Positions 36,375-47,307 of a stretch of DNA of 64,000 bases are shown one piece after another. Source of the DNA: Piromyces finnis finn. Its lineage: Eukaryota; Fungi; Neocallimastigomycota. Both the position numbers and the translations under genes were made by a program. Every line of letters starts with the position of its first letter. The stretch's first letter is position 1. The notes beneath the pieces were generated by a model that worked only from the letters and a program-made list of their open reading frames with translations, had not been told where the DNA came from and did not search any database. The stretch lies in the NCBI GenBank assembly GCA_002104945.1, contig MCFH01000048.1, positions 124,001 through 188,000 on the forward strand. Direction: 5' to 3'.

Positions 36375-37951
36375 TTTGAGGGGGAGTGTGAACATTTATG
36401 GACACATAATTTTATTTATTTATATCATATATTTATTACACACGTGACTATTTTATAAAAACATAAACATGTATTAAAAGTGTTGTAAACGTAATGTCTA
36501 CGTGTTGTAGAGAAAGTTATTTTTTATTTATTTTATTTTATTTTCTATGGTCACATGACCTTGCATCTCATTATATAACTGTAATATTTACAATGTAACT
36601 TTTTCTCTTTGTTAACCTTATTAATAAAATTATTTATTAATTAAATTTATTTCACAATTGTTTTTTATATATATATATATATTTTTAAAATTTAATAATT
36701 AATTTTTTGATATTTAAAAGTAATTACACAATTTCAAGTGATCTTGAAATTGCAGATTCCACTAGTATTCGTGACAAATTTTCTACTAATACCAAATTTA
36801 TAATATATTTATATTTATTATTTATCAAAATTGTAAGAAATAATAATTATTTAATACATAATTAATATTTCTTAGTTAAAATTAATAATCAATAACTATT
36901 AATTTATATTATTGATATTAATTTATTTAAAAATTATTTCAACATAAATTCATTTTTTAATTGTTTATTTTCACATAATTTTAATATCTTAAAGTACTTT
37001 TAATCTTAATCATTTAATTAAATTATTAAATTAATATTTTATTTAATATTTTTATTAAATATATTTATTCCTTTAGTTAGTTTATTTAATTAATTGCTTT
37101 TATTTAACTTTATATTTTTATTAAATATATTTATTCATTTAGGTAGTTTATTTAATTAATTACTTTTATTTAACTTTATATTTTTATTAAATATATTTAT
37201 TTATTTATTTAATTATTGTTTAGGAATTGATATTTTAAGGTTTTTTTCCAATTCCTAAAATAATTGGTTTTACTTAAAATATACGATGATCAATATGTAT
37301 AGAATGTTGATCGAACTTTGTTTAGGTTTTTCTTCTAATCTTTTCCTAAACAAAAAATTATTTTGTTAAGATTAGATAAAATTTTAATTTAAACTTTAAA
37401 TTTATTAAATAATATAAATAAGACTCTTGATTCTCTTTTAAGAAATCAAGAGTTATTATTATAAAAAACAAATTATAATAATAATGTCTTTTTAATTTTA
37501 TTTTACTTAACTTAGTTATAATAAAACATATTGCTTAAAATATATTAAAGTGTAAAACTATTTTAGGTCTACTCTTATAATAAACTCGAAATCAAAGATA
37601 AGTATTAATATTTATTTATTTTTTCTTTTATTCTCAATTTATTGATATTAAGATATCAATAAAGTTGTTAATAATTCTATTATATAATAGTTTATAACGG
37701 AATTATTACAAAAATGCTCTGTTATGTGAAAATAAAATACATTCCAAAATATTGTTTTATGTATTTTTTTATGTATTTGTATTTTATAAAATTATAAATT
37801 AATATTGTACCACATTTTTTTATTCTTTCGTTATTTAAAAAGATTTAAGAAATTTACAATATTTATATTATAAAAATAAATATAAATAAATAAAAGAGTA
37901 TTAAACTCAAATAATTTATAAATTAAGTATAAAGTAAATTTATTGCTGACA

Positions 37952-38545
37952 TGTCTCAATAACATATATAAAAATTTAAAAAATTTGGACACATGGAAAA
38001 AATTTATTTAGGTTAGTTTCTTTCCTATTAAATATAATTCCTTTTGGAAGAAGATTGAATGCTTCCTTATATTGTTGTAGTTCAGTTGGTAATTTCTCGA
38101 TTTCGGAAATAATAAATTTCTCTAAACCCTTTTATAATATGTTTTAAATGAAATTTCTAATCCTTTGAGATTATTAAATTTTTTAAATTATTAAAATTTT
38201 ATTAACTATTTACAATAATTATATTAATTATTAATTTATAAAAATTAAATATTTTATAATTAAACAATAATTAATTAAAATATAAAAATGTAATAATTAA
38301 AATTGTTCATGTATAAAAGGAACAAAAATTGACAAAAATTACGAAGCTTTAGCGATAGTAATTTTTTTAACTTAAAGTTAATGAAATTTATAAACTCCTA
38401 TAAAACCTTAAAAATTTTAATTATTTTTTTTTTATATAAATATTATTAGCTTTACACCTTCAATAGGAAAGCGTATTATATTAGTTAGTTAATATAACTA
38501 GTGTGCTTACCACACTTTTCTTTAATAAAAATTCACTTTTTGATA
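37952..38545. repeat. Family-H LTR (diverged)
   Basis: TGTCTCAATAACATATAT... and ..GTGTGCTTACCACACTTTTC.. shared with 60814-62386. Confidence 0.75.
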
Positions 38546-38546
38546 G

Positions 38547-38891
38547 TATCATAATTTTAAACTATAAAATATTATACAATAAAGTTAATTAATAAAATAA
38601 ACCTTAAATAATAATAAAATACTAATAACTATTTTAATAATAAAGTTTGGTAAAATTTATAAAATATTATAAGTAATTATATTAATACTAATAATAAAAG
38701 TTATAAATAACTATATACAAATGATATAATTATATAATAAAAAAATGAATAGTCAATAAAAAAAGTATAAAAATTATAATATATAATTTTTACATTTTAA
38801 AAATAGAGATAAACAATAATAAGGAATATAAATAGTTGAAGGTTAAATTCTAGAACTCTAGCTAATTCACTATTTTGTTCATTCCTTAACA
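38547..38891. repeat. Repeat M, inverted copy
   Basis: Reverse complement of 11179-11532. Confidence 0.65.
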
Positions 38892-40265
38892 ATAGATAAT
38901 ACTAGTTAAATATTATCTTAATTTTATAAATGAATATAGAAAGTGATAATATCTGTATCTAAATTTTAATAAATAGATTTTTATACTTGTTCATTTGCAA
39001 GTCTTTATTAGTTTAAAATATAAAATTATTTTATTTAATTATAAAATTTTAATATATAATAACTCTTGTATTATTAAATATATATAAATTATTATTATTC
39101 AATACATCTCGTATGTATATAACTATAATTGCAAATATTATTTTATATAAATTATATATCTAATTTTACTGGATTATTAGAAACAACTTTTAAAAAGAAC
39201 ATTTTCTATTACTATTTATACAAAATTATTATTTTAAAGTATAACTATAAACAAATATAAACTATTTAATTTAAAGAGAATTAAACAATTAAATAAACAA
39301 AAAGTTTACATTTATAATTTTTAATTTAATAATTTTATACATTTTAAATATTTTAATTTTTATCTGTGTTTTAATTATTATTATTATTATTATCTATTTA
39401 TTATATAATAAATTCTGAATAAAAACGGCTTAATAGAGATAATAATAAAATAAATTATTAAATAAAATAAAACGACTTAATCCAAAAAACGTATTAAAAT
39501 AATAAAATAATAATAATAAATAAAAATGAATAAATAAACTAAAAATAAAATGGTATACATCAAATTATTAATTCTAGTGTTTTATCCAAGTGTTCCTTAG
39601 AAATTATTTTAAATTTATATATTTATATATATAAATTAATAAATAAATAATTGAGTAGCTATTACTAAAAGTAATAAACTTAAAACCTGGAAATAATAAC
39701 AACAATTTTAAAGATAAAATACAAAACTCTTTTATGTTTCTGTATAAAATGAGTGTTTATAATAATTGATACTTTTAATATTTTAATTTTATTTTAATTT
39801 CATTTTAATTTTAAAATTTAATTATTTTATTCAAGGTATTATACATTTAATGATAGTCAATGATAATTTATAGTAATTTTCCTAAATTTAAACATTTTGA
39901 AGTAATAAGAAAATCAAATAAGTAATATTCTATAATATTTTATAATACTAAAACATAATTTTAATTTATTCTTTTAATTTTAATAAATAATAACAATAGT
40001 AATAATAATATTTAATAGTTAAAAATAATAATACATGTAATAAATGAAAATGTATAAAAGGAAGATAAAATTCTTCTTCATAAAAATCAGAAAATAAATA
40101 GAGAATAAAAAGACAATAAATAAATAATAAAATATAATAAGGAGATAGTTTAAATATAATAAAAGAGTTTATTTTCGAGTTTTAAATGATTTATTTGTTA
40201 ATTATAAAACGTATTTTATTTTAAATTTATTGTTTCATCTAAATCCTAGAATTTATTTAATCATG
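38892..40265. repeat. Chimeric fragments of G LTR (about 38892-39405) and F LTR (about 39405-40265), both inverted
   Basis: Similarity to 49096-49872 and to the reverse complement of 52528-53635. Boundaries approximate. Confidence 0.7.
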
Positions 40266-40298
40266 AGATTTAATTAATTAATTAATTATTTATTTATT

Positions 40299-40329
<31 letters not shown>

Positions 40330-40333
<4 letters not shown>

Positions 40334-40696
40334 CACATTATTATATAAACAAAAGAATCATTTTATTATTATTAAATATTTATCTTTATTTATTATAATA
40401 TATTATACCTAGTATTTGTACATATTTAAATAATTATCTTTCTTATACAAATATACCATTTATTTACTTATTAATATTACTAAATTATTACTAAAATTCC
40501 TACCACTTATTTTATTATATTTTATAAATCAAGAACCTTTTTTTTAAAATTATTTAATTCTCAATTATATTTATTAGTTTATATTAATTAAATTTAACAT
40601 TAATTGAATTATTATTAATCAATCATCATTTTAACCCTTACGTAAATTGACCTGAAGTTTATGCTAAAAGTAGTATTTTCTGTTTGTCACGTATCA
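40330..40696. repeat. LTR end K (..TTTATGCTAA..ACGTATCA), related to L
   Basis: Terminus ACGTATCA followed by AACAA and D1. Terminal 50 bp resemble 63755-63804. Left boundary is a guess. Confidence 0.5.
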
Positions 40697-40701
40697 AACA
40701 A

Positions 40702-40967
40702 TGATAAAATTTGAAAATCTTAATTTTGAATTTTACTTCAAAAAGTGATTATTATATTATATCTTTAGTTATAACTGTATAAGTTATATTATTTAAGACT
40801 TAAAATTGTTTTTATAAAAATTAATAAAATTGTTTTATTAAAACACTAAATTGTTTTATTAGAAACACTCGTTTTTTTAATATTTAATTATTTAAAAGTT
40901 TATTTATTTAATTATAAAAGTGATTATTAAAATCATAAAAATATTAACTAAACTATAGAATATTTCT

Positions 40968-41001
<34 letters not shown>

Positions 41002-41522
41002 TTAAAATAAGAATATTTACATGTATTTATATTTTCTTTTAAATTTAAACTATTTACATTAAAATAATAAAATTAATAACTATTTAAAATAAAAGTAATA
41101 AAAGTAATTAGAAATAACAATAAAGGAAACAATTAAAAGTTAAAGAATATAAAAAGTTGTTTATTTTACAATTAATTAAAGTAATAATTATTTTTAATGT
41201 TTTAATAAAGGTGTTTAATTATATTATTTTATAACATGAATTATTATATTTGTTTACTTTTAAAGTGTAATTTACTAACGAAGTTATTAAATATTTAATT
41301 TAACAATTAATTTAAAAAGAGTTATATATTTTGATCTCGATTAATTAAAGTTTATTATTTTCTTTCAATAATCAAAATATATGCAGTGTTTAGGATTAAT
41401 TTTATTTAAGAATTTTGGTAAAGTACTTAATTAAACTATAACTTGTTTTAAGTTACTTTTAGGGTTAACTTAAAAATCAGGTTTAATAATAATTTTATAT
41501 TTATTAATTTCATTATTTATCA
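40702..41522. repeat. Solo LTR D1
   Basis: TGATAAAATTTG..TTTATCA, flanked by ACAA-type spacers. Confidence 0.88.
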
Positions 41523-41525
41523 CAA

Positions 41526-41653
41526 TGATAAATAATTAAATTTATAAATTATGAATTTATAATAATAATAATAATAATATTAAAACACAGATAGTTAAAA
41601 ATTAAAATAATTAACTTGTATAAAATTATTAAATTAAAAATTATAAATGTAAA

Positions 41654-41684
<31 letters not shown>

Positions 41685-42096
41685 TAAATTAAATAGCTTA
41701 TATTTGTTTATAATTATACTTTAAAATAATAATTTTGCATAAATAGTGATAGAATCATTTTATTTTAAAATTGTTCCTAATAATCCAGTAAAATTAGATA
41801 ATAATATTAAATTTTATTAAAATAATAGTTGTGATTATATTTACATACATTCAAGATGTATTAAACCATAACATATATATATTTAATAATACAAGAGTTA
41901 TTAAATATTAAAACTTTATAATTAAATAAAATAATTTTATATTTTAAACTAACAAAGACTTGCAAATGAACAAGTATAAAAATCATTCATTCTATTTTTA
42001 TTTTCTTATTTATTTTTATTTATTAAATTTTAGATACAAATATTATCACTTTCTATATTCATTTATAGAATTAAGATAATATTTTTCTTCGTATCA
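41526..42096. repeat. Solo LTR G, copy 1
   Basis: TGATAAATAATT..CTTCGTATCA with TSD ACAA (41522-41525, 42097-42100). Confidence 0.92.
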
Positions 42097-42101
42097 ACAA
42101 A

Positions 42102-42133
42102 TGATAAATAATTAAATTTATAAATTATGAATT

Positions 42134-42173
<40 letters not shown>

Positions 42174-42247
42174 TTAAAACACAGATAGTTAAAAATTAAA
42201 ATAATTAACTTGTATAAAATTATTAAATTAAAAATTATAAATATAAA

Positions 42248-42278
<31 letters not shown>

Positions 42279-42692
42279 TAAATTAAATAGTTTATATTTG
42301 TTTATAATTATACTTTAAAATAATAATTTTGTATAAATAGTGATAGAATTATTTTATTTTAAAAGATGTTCCTAATAATCCAGTAAAATTAGATAATAAT
42401 ATTAAATTTTATTAAAATAATAGTTGTGATTATATTTACATACATTCAAGATGTATTAAACAATAACATATATATATTTAATAATACAAGAGTTATTAAA
42501 TATTAAAACTTTATAATTAAATAAAATAATTTTATATTTTAAACTAACAAAGACTTGCAAATGAACAAGTATAAAAATCATTTATTCTATTTTTATTTTC
42601 TTATTTATTTTTATTTATTAAATTTTAGATACAAATATTATCACTTTCTATATTCATTTATAGAATTAAGATAATATTTTTTCTTCGTATCA
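42102..42692. repeat. Solo LTR G, copy 2
   Basis: Tandem near-copy of 41526-42096 with a longer (AAT)n. TSD reconstructs as CAAA. Confidence 0.92.
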
Positions 42693-43653
42693 CAATGATA
42701 ACGGATTGGTAGTTATATTACAACTTTTTAACTACTTCTTCTGTTATCTTATATTGTTTTATCTCGACAGCTATTGTACGAGCTTTAACAATATCTACTA
42801 GTTTTATTAATTTATTTTAAGTTATTTTATAATTTTAATAGTTTTATTATTTTAATAATATTTATATAGAATAATAACACCAGATTTATTCTATAAAATA
42901 TTATTTATTATTAACACAATAATTACAAATTAGACAAGTTTAATTTCGTTTTTATATTTTCTTTTATTTATTGTTCTTACGCTCTTTTTAACAATAATTT
43001 TTATTATATAAAAACTTATTTTTTTTGTCTTTTAAATATTATTATGTATTCACTAATTAATTATATTAACTATTATTAAAATTTAACTTATTATTAGTAA
43101 TCTAAGTCTTCTCATTTTCTACTAAAAATTATTATTATTCTTTATAATAAAAATTATTTTTATAATTTAACCCAATCAAATATATAAATTTATAAAATAT
43201 TTGATTTTATGTAAATTATATTTTTATAATAAACTATATAAAATTATTTAATAATTATTTTATAATAAAAATTTCTACTAATATCAAATGTATAATATAT
43301 TTATAATTATTATTTATCAAGATTTCCTCCCCTAAGATACGACTTAGTGGTAGCTGATAAAAATATTCATAAATAATAATAAATATATAAGTTTTTGATA
43401 TTTTTATACTAAAGATTTAAAAATTTAAATTTTTTTTTTTTCTATATATATGATAAAAATAATATAAAATAAGGTTTATAAAAAAAATGATGAAAAATTT
43501 GAAAATTTTTATTAATAAAATTTTTTTTTCAAAGAGAAATAAAAAAAATGAAGTGAAATTTTGTTAAATGTCGTAGTGTAAATATTTTTGTGTTTTTATA
43601 TATTTTTGTAATGTAATTGTCGTATTATTTGTATATAAATGTTTAATGTGGTT

Positions 43654-45651
43654 TTATCTTTCTTTAAACTTTGAAAATAGATGAAATTTTGATTTTAATA
43701 TGTCGAAATAATGTCGTTTTAAAATTGAAGTTACTGATTTGATATAATCTTTTAGATTGAAAATAATTGAATTTGAAATACTTTCTTTTACACTTTTTAT
43801 TATACTGAAATATATATTCTTAAACGAATTATTTGATGAATTTTTGATTATATCATTTTGTTTATTTCGCTTTTTTCTTGATTTTAATTTCCTGTTAATA
43901 TTAATATTCAAATGATTATATTTTAGAATTTTACTTTTATTTTTATATATCTTGATTTTGTGGCATTTTTCGTGAATAATTGGCGTTTTTTCTGCTTCAT
44001 CACGGCCGACAAGATTTGACTTATTAATTGAAAATTTAATAAGTGAATCGTTTTTAATTCTTTTTGGAAATTTGCTGAAATTTGAATGAAAAATGTGATA
44101 TTTTGGATAAAAATATTTATTTTTAAATTTGAATAAATGTCGAAATTTAATTGAATATAAAAGTTTGTTTTTATTGTTAAAAGTCGAATTAAAATTTTGA
44201 ATTTTGATATTATTATTAAATGAATTAAATTGAGATTCATTAATATTTGATGGATTGAAACAATGAATCATTGAAATATTTGAAAGATTATTTTTATTTT
44301 GTTTAAAATTTGAGGGACGAGCAACCATAATAGGAGATGAATTAGTTTTCATGTAGAGAGAGTCATCATCAGGATCAATGTATAATCGGTGATTCTTTTG
44401 AGATTGACGACCTAATATAATATCATAACATGAATCTTCATCTTCTAGAATCCAGAATAATGCATAGATTTTTAAATCACCAAATTTAAGAGTTAAATTA
44501 ACAGCTTGATTTGTTGAAATAACTTGTTTGCTAGCTAATTTAAAGAAAGTTCTCTTAAAATGTGTAATATTATGATTTGCTGATATTAAATTAAAGAAGG
44601 ATTTAGTAATAACATTAACATCAGAACCAGTATCTACTAAAACTCGGACAATGTTATTATCAATTGAGCCAATGACAGAAGCAATGTTGATTTTATTAAT
44701 GACATTAATTTCGTTATCTGCTATATTGATAATATCATCATCATTGTCATTATCAGCATCATCATTGTTTTCATTATTTTTATTATTATAATTTTCATTA
44801 ATGATATTAATAAATGAATTAATATCATCATCATTAAGATCCATATTTTGAATGGCGTTTATTTTCCGAACGTCATTTGGATCAAGCTTTAAACCTTTGG
44901 CACAAAGTCTTCTGATGATAGGACTGACTGCAAGCAATTGTGCAAAAGAGATACCAGCATTTGTATTATTAAGGGCATCAAAAATATTATATTCTTTATT
45001 TTTGCCCAACATGACAATAGAACGTAGGAAGTCATAATAGTTGCTTTTGGGAGACTTTTTGCTATCTATAACTTCTTCTAATTCGTCCTGTTTACTTGGT
45101 ATATCTGGACCAATTCTTCTTTTATTTCTGGTTTCTTTATTTTTCATCTTAGCAGAGGAAATATTCTTGCCTGCAATTACCGAGGGGTCTAAGATGTCTA
45201 GGCGGGAAGTAGTGGTATGAAAATTTGAATTTTTCTCATTACGAATTTCTTGCTGTTCTTTCATCTGAGTGGCCTTTGTATGTATTGGTAATGGATTTTC
45301 TCGAAGTTTCTTTTTCTTCGACTGAGTCACGTGATCCTCATCATCACTTTCATCACTTTCTTCAGAACTTTTTCTCTTGAATGCATAAATAAGGTTTTCG
45401 ATGTCCTTATCATCGACTGTATTTGTCACGTGATCACGTGTAACGTAATCCTTATCATCTTCATTGATTGGATCATCCACCAAAGGGTTAGAGAATTTTT
45501 CTTTAGAATTTGGAAATTTTTTTGTTTTATGGAAATCACGTGTATCATCAACATAGATTTGCTCATTAATGTTGTTGATGTTGTGGGTTTGGTTATTATC
45601 AATTTTGGAGTTAGAAGGGGAAGATTGAGAACTTCCCCCATTTAATTTAAA
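43654..45651 (-). CDS. Aspartic protease ORF of E (-1 frame from gag), with no RT/IN motifs
   Basis: VLVDTGSDVNVIT and DIILGR protease motifs. Frame is open up to the slippery heptamer at 45645-45651. No YxDD or integrase motif. Confidence 0.85.
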   Translation of the reverse strand, partial: FKLNGGSSQSSPSNSKIDNNQTHNINNINEQIYVDDTRDFHKTKKFPNSKEKFSNPLVDDPINEDDKDYVTRDHVTNTVDDKDIENLIYAFKRKSSEESDESDDEDHVTQSKKKKLRENPLPIHTKATQMKEQQEIRNEKNSNFHTTTSRLDILDPSVIAGKNISSAKMKNKETRNKRRIGPDIPSKQDELEEVIDSKKSPKSNYYDFLRSIVMLGKNKEYNIFDALNNTNAGISFAQLLAVSPIIRRLCAKGLKLDPNDVRKINAIQNMDLNDDDINSFINIINENYNNKNNENNDDADNDNDDDIINIADNEINVINKINIASVIGSIDNNIVRVLVDTGSDVNVITKSFFNLISANHNITHFKRTFFKLASKQVISTNQAVNLTLKFGDLKIYALFWILEDEDSCYDIILGRQSQKNHRLYIDPDDDSLYMKTNSSPIMVARPSNFKQNKNNLSNISMIHCFNPSNINESQFNSFNNNIKIQNFNSTFNNKNKLLYSIKFRHLFKFKNKYFYPKYHIFHSNFSKFPKRIKNDSLIKFSINKSNLVGRDEAEKTPIIHEKCHKIKIYKNKSKILKYNHLNININRKLKSRKKRNKQNDIIKNSSNNSFKNIYFSIIKSVKESISNSIIFNLKDYIKSVTSILKRHYFDILKSKFHLFSKFKER

Positions 45652-46496
45652 TGGTTTTGGGTTTTGAGGAGGGTAGCTATGATTTTGTTCACATCGGTCA
45701 TTTCGTTTGGGCAGAAGCGGGCATCATGTCCTTTCTGGTTACAACGGTGGCAGATATGAATTTTCATCTGGGCAAGGCTTTTGGTCAAAGCATCCAGATC
45801 TGATTCTTTAGCTTCTTCTTTAGTAGTCTTTTCATTATCAGTACTACTATTATTTTCGTTATTATTATAAGAGGTTTTATCTTCAACTTCTATTTTTCTC
45901 TTATAATAATTATTTTTGTTTTGAGTTCTTTTATTGGGTACATATTCATCATCACTTTCATAAGCAGATAGAAGCTCATCTGCTTTAATAGCAATGACCA
46001 TAGCATCCTTTAAAGTTTTTGGTTGTTTGTTAATAAGAGAATTTAATATAGAAGTTCTCCTATTAAAAGCTTTTGTATAAAGAAAAACAAGTCTTTCTTC
46101 AGAAGGCTTGTCCCTTTCTTTAATTTCTTTCAAAAGGTCGTTAAAAGAACGGTTAAATTCTCTAACAGAGCTTTTGTTTACTTTTATTTTTTCTAACTTA
46201 TTTAGGTTTCTATTAGAGGTTTTATCATCCTCAAATAAGTTAGATATTTTATTGATAAATTCATTATAAGATAGGGATCTATCTTCATAATAAATATCAC
46301 TACAAAGATCCTTTGAGTTACCGGTAGTAGCAAGCAAAGCAATTCTCTTCTTTTCTTTTTCAGAAAGAGCTAAGTCTTCTAAGATATCTTCAAGTTCCAT
46401 TTTCCATCTGAAGAACTTAGTATCTTTCTTGCCAAGAGGGCTTATTTCTTTAGCCATACTAGCGGCTCTTTCAAAATTGTTTTTATTTTCAGTCAT
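45642..46496 (-). CDS. gag: Gag of E with CCHC zinc knuckle
   Basis: 284 aa, CHRCNQKGHDARFC. Starts about 100 nt after the PBS. Confidence 0.9.
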   Translation of the reverse strand: MTENKNNFERAASMAKEISPLGKKDTKFFRWKMELEDILEDLALSEKEKKRIALLATTGNSKDLCSDIYYEDRSLSYNEFINKISNLFEDDKTSNRNLNKLEKIKVNKSSVREFNRSFNDLLKEIKERDKPSEERLVFLYTKAFNRRTSILNSLINKQPKTLKDAMVIAIKADELLSAYESDDEYVPNKRTQNKNNYYKRKIEVEDKTSYNNNENNSSTDNEKTTKEEAKESDLDALTKSLAQMKIHICHRCNQKGHDARFCPNEMTDVNKIIATLLKTQNHLN

Positions 46497-47235
46497 ATTT
46501 AGTAAATAAATAAGATAATTATACTAAATATACTAATTAATAGGAATTATTTAAATTTTCGGCTTTCCCACGGGACGACTGAGGTTCTCCACCACTTGAT
46601 AACGGATTGGTAGTTATATTACAACTTTTTAACTACTTCTTCTGTTATCTTATATTGTTTTATCTCGACAGCTATTGTACGAGCTTTAACAATATCTACT
46701 AGTTTTATTAATTTATTTTAAGTTATTTTATAATTTTAATAGTTTTATTATTTTAATAATATTTATATAGAATAATAACACCAGATTTATTCTATAAAAT
46801 ATTATTTATTATTAACACAATAATTACAAATTAGACAAGTTTAATTTCGTTTTTATATTTTCTTTTATTTATTGTTCTTACGCTCTTTTTAACAATAATT
46901 TTTATTATATAAAAACTTATTTTTTTTGTCTTTTAAATATTATTATGTATTCACTAATTAATTATATTAACTATTATTAAAATTTAACTTATTATTAGTA
47001 ATCTAAGTCTTCTCATTTTCTACTAAAAATTATTATTATTCTTTATAATAAAAATTATTTTTATAATTTAACCCAATCAAATATATAAATTTATAAAATA
47101 TTTGATTTTATGTAAATTATATTTTTATAATAAACTATATAAAATTATTTAATAATTATTTTATAATAAAAATTTCTACTAATATCAAATGTATAATATA
47201 TTTATAATTATTATTTATCAACAAATTTTAAGAAA

Positions 47236-47307
47236 GGAGGGTTGGCGCAACGGTAGCGCGTCCGCCTCCAGAGCGGAAGGTTGGGTGTTCGAATCACTCA
47301 CTCTCCA
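47236..47307 (+). tRNA. tRNA-Trp(CCA)
   Basis: Acceptor GGAGGGT/ACTCTCC, arm CCGC-CTCCAGA-GCGG, GTTCGAATC, followed by a TTTT terminator. Confidence 0.95.

Larger units (their letters stand above)
23805..36656 (+). mobile_element. Ty1/Copia LTR retrotransposon, interrupted by A2
   Basis: 270-bp LTRs at 23805-24074 and 36387-36656 (one A/G difference seen). TSD ATTGT at 23800-23804 and 36657-36661. PPT GAGGGGGAG at 36378-36386. Confidence 0.97.
23101..36776 (-). repeat. Diverged C-family LTR (23101-23804 + 36662-36776) split by Copia
   Basis: Shares TCTCGAGCGTGGCTTTCTAACGAAC, GGGTTAAGGTCAT and the terminal CTAGTATTCGTGACA with C LTRs. Confidence 0.85.
22050..36827. repeat. Old E-like LTR split into about 22050-22402 and 36782-36827 by a 14.4-kb nested insert
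   Basis: Both pieces resemble E LTR 42696-43319. The insert 22403-36776 is bounded by AATTT (22398-22402, 36777-36781). Left boundary approximate. Confidence 0.72.
42696..47220 (-). mobile_element. Non-autonomous LTR element E (gag + protease only)
   Basis: 624-bp TGAT..ATCA LTRs at 42696-43319 and 46597-47220, no difference seen by eye. TSD ACAA at 42692-42695 and 47221-47224. PBS TGGTGGAGA (46594-46586). PPT AGGGGAGGAAA next to 43320. Confidence 0.93.

Noticed and set aside
36828-36840. Remnant of a tRNA-Trp upstream flank (AAATTGTAAGAAA vs AAATTTTAAGAAA at 47223)
   Set aside because: A 12/13 match is weak in such AT-rich DNA, and no tRNA follows.
37036-37200. About 63-bp tandem duplication x2.5 as a functional array
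   Set aside because: Low-complexity AT-rich duplication with no associated feature.
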